NCBI GenBank assembly: GCA_977862235.1
Contig: OZ374557.1
Coordinates: 1,984,001-2,048,000 of the forward strand
Length of the DNA stretch: 64,000 bases
Source of the DNA: Dudresnaya verticillata
Lineage: Eukaryota
Direction: 5' to 3'
Program-made: the position numbers and the translations under genes
In this document: one piece after another, positions 59,150-64,000 of the stretch
Position numbering within the stretch: position 1 is the stretch's first letter
How the letters are laid out: each line of letters starts with the position of its first letter
Notes under the pieces: generated by a model
Seen by the model: the letters and a program-made list of their open reading frames with translations, nothing else
What the model was told of the DNA's origin: nothing
Databases searched by the model: none

Positions 59150-62100
59150 TAACGTGTGAGTCCTGTCCTCGGAGATTTACTGAGTGTCCGGGTCCCTCGG
59201 CGCGGACCCGCGGGTTATGATACCCCACACCATCGCGGTGGACACCGGCTCCGGGTACAACCTCATCGCTCGAGGTGCCCTGCCCGCAGGGTAGGAAGAA
59301 AACACATTAGAGATCGACTCCGCGCCACCTAGCGGGCGCCGACAAGACTCCACAGAGCCTGTCCAGCGGCGTCCACCTCTCGATGAGCTTGGGAAACACG
59401 ACGTTCCGCGTGCCTTTCATCGTCGCCGACACACTTTCGGTCGACGTACGCATCGGCACGGAGTTTATCAACACGCACGTGCGCAGAATCGACGTTGAGT
59501 CGAGAAGGTTAACCCTGAGGAGACGGGGCTCGGTGCCCATCCTCAGCCGCCGAAACCATGGGGAGGGGAGCGACACTGCCGCGCAGGCAAGGACCCCGTC
59601 GAAGGGTTTGTCTAAGAAGCACCAGCGGGAACTTCTGGACTGGGACCACGATACCCACTCCAGATGCCTTGCCAGGCAAGTGGTTCTCCCAGCCTACTCA
59701 ACAAGGCTCGTCTCGGTGCCGTCAGGGGCAAGTGCGTTGGTACATACGGAGCCAAAACCCGCGCTGTAGTTCTGCCACGGCGTGAGACGTACCAACGGGG
59801 TGCAGGATATTGAGCCGGGACGCCCCTTCGGGGTCATCACGGTCAACTTAACCGACGGACCTGGACCCTACTGAAGGGTACCGTAGTCGGTTACGCGGTT
59901 CAAAACCCGGTCTCCCTAATAAACCCGGACCGCGATTTGGCGGAAGAGTTCGGAACGGTGATGAACATCACCACCCTTCTGCCCAAAGGGCGGCGACCCA
60001 GGGGCAAGGGCAGCAACGACCCTCCAGTAATACCGTAAACAGCAAGGAGCTTCGAGTGCGAGAAACTACAGGGTGAAGCTACCACAGTGGCGGAAAGCAG
60101 GGCGTCTGCGGAGGACTGTGAGTCAGAGGTGGACCTTTCGTCTATCGAACACAAAACCCCCCGCGAAGAGGTCCTTGCCATGCTTCGGAAGCATCAGTCC
60201 ATGTTGGACAGCAGGCTAGGCACGATTGCTACCACACAATACCACATTGACTTGGAGCCCGGCACGCAGTCGAATCGCTCAATGCCCTATCGACAGGGTC
60301 CCGCTATGCGGAAGTTCGTTCAGAACGAGGCGGAGAACATGCTACGCGCAGGAGTAATCCAACCCGCCACACCGGAGTGGGCATATGAAGTTGTAGTGGA
60401 GCCCAAGAAGGACGGCACGCTCAGGTTTTGCGTGGAAGCCCAACCTCTCAACACCCAACCTCTGAGCGATGCGTACCCACTCCTGCGCATGGATGAATGA
60501 ATCGGCAGTCTTGGCGACGCTGCCATAATCTCCGCACTGGATTGTAACGCCGGGTACTGGAAAATCCCTGTCGCAGCGGCGGGCAGGAATACGACCAAGT
60601 TCACGACGTTCTTAGCGACATTACACTACCTGCGGATACCTTTCGGACTGAAGAACGCCCCGGAGACTTTCCAGTGTACACTCGACACCATACTCTGAGG
60701 GGTTACGCAGTTTTGTCTGATCCATCTAGATGATTTGATCATATTCTCGTGGTCGATCGCGGCGTACGTCGGTCACCTAGACCGCGTCCTGACTTTGCTT
60801 CGAAAGGGCGGCGTGTCCCTGAAGCTGAAGAAGTGTCACTTCTTCCAGTCCCGCGTGGACTACCTTGGCCCCGTGATCGAGCCAGGAAAACTACGCATGG
60901 CGAAGACAAGAATCGACACGTTCCGTCATACGCAGTTCAAGACGTCCCTAACGAAGGTGAGGTCGTTTCTAGGGGCGTGTAACGTTTACCGCCGCTTCAT
61001 GAGGAGCTTCGCGAAGATCGCTCGTCCGCTGACGGATATGACCCGCAAGAATGCAGATGTGGATTTCGATAATCCAAGCGCAGCGGCCCTAGAGGCATTC
61101 CAGACGCTGCGTGCGACACTCCTATAGCCTCCTATCCTACGGCTCCCTCGCGAGAGCAAGCCGTACGTCCTCTACACGGATGCATCATCGTACCAACTCG
61201 AATGCCCCCTGCTTCAGGAGCAAGAGGACGGCCAGTTCCACCCTGTTGGGTACTGGTCCTATTCACTAAGCTCAGCGGAGCGAAATTACTAGACCAAGGA
61301 GAGCGAGGTCTTTGCAGTGGTGTGATCGCTCAAAAAACTGCGGCCCTGCATCGAAGAGACTCCTGTTTACGGCTCGAACCGACCATGCCGCCTTGCGCTG
61401 GTTCATGTCTCTGACCGATTCGTCCGATCTCCTCACCCGCTGGCGGCTTCGACTCGCGGAATTCGACTCCCAGATCGAATATCGCCCGGATAGGGTGAAC
61501 CAGGTGCCGGACGCGTTGTCCCGCTTTGTCAGGCCTCGACGGCAACAAGAGGGGGCTGACGACGATTTCCCTACCTATGCCCCTCCGGCGATCGACCGCC
61601 GGAAGGAGGGTGCCTCGAGTACCGAACCCCAGACACCCCAGGTCCTACTAACTACGCGGTGCCAAGCCAACGCGTCGACGCGGAAGGAACCGTATCGACC
61701 GGTGGAAGAGGGAGGCAATTCCAGCGACGCCAAGGACCCCTCGGAAGTCGACGAGCCACCGGGGCTTGCCGACGACGAAGCCTGGGATAATTGCGACGAC
61801 GTCGACCTCTTCGATCTTGGCCGCATCGACGCGGGCCAAGAACCGACGGACCTCACCCGGGTCGAACCGGTGAAGGTCCCCTCACCAATAGCCGTCGAGG
61901 AATTGGTGTACGCGCAGCGGCGCGATTCCTTTTTCCAAACCATGTTGGCACGGCAGTCCAATCGCCGGGATAGTCACTTCTTCGAGACCGAGGACGGGCT
62001 CTTGTGCCGGCGGCACCCCATCATCCCCTCTTTGGAGCAAATAATGGTGCCCGAAGCGCTACAGCCGCGGCTTCTCCAGCTCGCAGACTACTCCTTCCTG

Positions 62101-63438
62101 GCTGGCCACCCCAAGATCTTCTACACGCTCCTCGAGAGCTACTACTGGCCACACATGTCAGCGGACATAGCCATGACAGTTCGGAACTGTCGGCACTGTG
62201 CCAGAAATCGCATACGCTTGGGAGGATACCTTCCTCGACTGAAGCTATTCCCAGCCATGATACTGCTCCGGTCACTCTTGATCGATATCCTAGGGCCGCT
62301 GCCCACGACGAAGTCATTAAAGCGATGCCTAAAAATCATCACAGATCGATTCTCGAAGCTGACTCAGCTAGCGCCGCTGCGCACCCTCAGGGCTTACCAC
62401 ACCGCGGTGGCATTCTGTGAGAGGTGGATCTTAAACTACGGACCACCCCACACACCGGGTGTTTGCCAATAGGCCGTTGACGCCGAGGCAAGTACACTCT
62501 AAACTTTGTTGAATAAACTTTATCATCACTACGGACCACCGAGGTCTCTTTTATCGGACAACGGGAAGCAATTCACCTCCAAGTTCTTTCAGGCAGTGTG
62601 CCGCTACCTCGGACTGAACAACATGTTCACATCCGCCTACCACCCGCAGGCGAACGGTCAGATTCAGCGCTACAACCGGAATGTCATGGCCATGTTGAGG
62701 AATTACATCAACGATCACCAGGACGACTGGGATCGATACGCAGCGGCGTTGATATATTCCTACAACTGCCATGTCCATCGCTAGACGCGGACAAAGCCCT
62801 TCAGACTCGTGCTATCCGGGCCGCCGCCGGCATTCACTAAGTTTGATAAGGAAGCGGGCAGACCGAAACCTACTGAGGACGTACGTGCGGACTTCCTCAA
62901 GCGGCTCGACGCCGCCTTCGAAAGCGCATCGAGCGCCCTTGATAAAACGCAATGGTGTTACAAGAAAGAATTTGACAAACGTGTTAGGAAAGTCAATGCC
63001 CGCATTCGAGCGGGATATTACGTCTTCATCAACTCGAGAGACGGGGTTAAGAACCCAAGAAGCTCCAGAGCCCATCGATCGGACCCTACCGCATGCTGCT
63101 TAATGATACGTGCACGCTGTTCATCGACAGCGACGGCTTGGTCGAACGCATCGCAGCGTATCGCGCGGTCTATTGTCTCCGCCGCTTCGGGAAGACACTG
63201 TGCAGCGCAGCGCTTACCTACTCATCGCTGAAGAACTCTCATCGAAGGCCATCGATGGTCCTCGGTTCGTGGTGGATAACGTCCTTGATCGCGGCACGGC
63301 CAATTAAGTTTCGCTTCTGTTCAACGTGAAGTGGACCGGTACCACAAGCCAACTTGGGAGCCACGTGTTCATTCCCCCGAGGAGATGGTGAGTCCATACT
63401 TCCCATCGCAGCGGCAACGGAACACTACAAGGCCCTAA
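59150..63438 (+). mobile_element. pol: Element D: decayed gypsy pol (PR-RT-RH-IN-chromodomain) without gag or LTRs
   Basis: VDTGSGYNLI; KKDGTLRFCV; HLDD; TDAS; TDHAAL; LSDNGKQF; FVVDNVLD...VKWTGY..PTWEP. Confidence 0.9.
62448..62527 (+). mobile_element. 80-bp non-LTR-type insertion with 13-bp TSD in element D integrase
   Basis: ACTACGGACCACC at 62435-62447 and 62528-62540; insert ends AATAAACTTTATCATC. Confidence 0.75.
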
Positions 63439-64000
63439 GACGGTCCCACCTCCTCATGACCCCTCAGCGGGGGCGCCTCACGCTTGAGCAGGGGATCACA
63501 GGCATTCGATACCCTATTGCGGAGGCATCCGATGCCTCAACCTGTCCTGCAACGAGCACCGAGCCCGTTGGTCACTTTTGCGCCAGCAGCAGTGGCAGTA
63601 GCACAAAGGGAGGTAGCAAGATGTTAACCTTCGCGCATCGACGCGCAATCGGCAACGATCATCAGCTAATCACGCAAGGGGAAGCGGCCCCGGGCTGGTC
63701 ACACGCCCCTGCAAGCGGCGCCGACACCATTGCCCTCTGGTTTGTGCACGTATCAGGCTTCGACGTCCCGCGGGCGCAAAGCGAAATATGGTGGACAGCG
63801 GCTGCCGAAGCCGCTGACCAGCGACACGCACGAGGGCGAGCGCGCACTCACGCTAGCGCGACCCTTAACGCCAGCAACATTGGCCGCTGTGAGATAAGGG
63901 CCGACGCGAGCGTGGGTGCGGGAATGAGCGCGTTGACACGCTTAGCACCGTTTTGCCTCGACAGCGATGGGGGACCAAGGGAAGCCGCCCGATCTCCATC

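Noticed and set aside
58115..63438. LTR 58115 as the 5' LTR of element D
   Set aside because: LTR motifs are in minus orientation while pol D is plus; no PBS or gag lies between them
63440..64000. 3' LTR or antisense ORF of element D
   Set aside because: No convincing PPT-TG junction or conserved motifs before the window ends

Overview
Eukaryotic, transposon-saturated DNA, probably red algal (inferred from an MPAF-type transit peptide and the TE content; not provable here). No rRNA, tRNA or CRISPR was seen. The window holds: (A) a complete 12.97-kb chromodomain Ty3/gypsy element (848-13818, minus strand, about 99% identical LTRs, CACCG TSD); (B) a second, decayed relative (about 37600-48960); (C) an AT-richer gypsy of another lineage (50740-56230); (D) a gypsy pol remnant (59150-63438); several solo or partial LTRs; a tyrosine-recombinase (DIRS/Ngaro-like) remnant; a decayed ABCB transporter; and an 11.6-kb EnSpm/CACTA-superfamily transposon (20419-32050, CCCTA termini, 3-bp TSD). 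That transposon carries a divergent second ORF, a captured DUF2358/SOUL gene and a nested pogo-like MITE. Two candidates stand out as novel. First, an extra protein encoded antisense to gag-pol next to the 3' LTR of the chromoviruses, which I do not recognise and which is conserved at the amino-acid level in three divergent copies plus a fourth C-terminal fragment. Second, the gene-capturing CCCTA transposon. All coordinates and identities were read by eye; no database searches were run.
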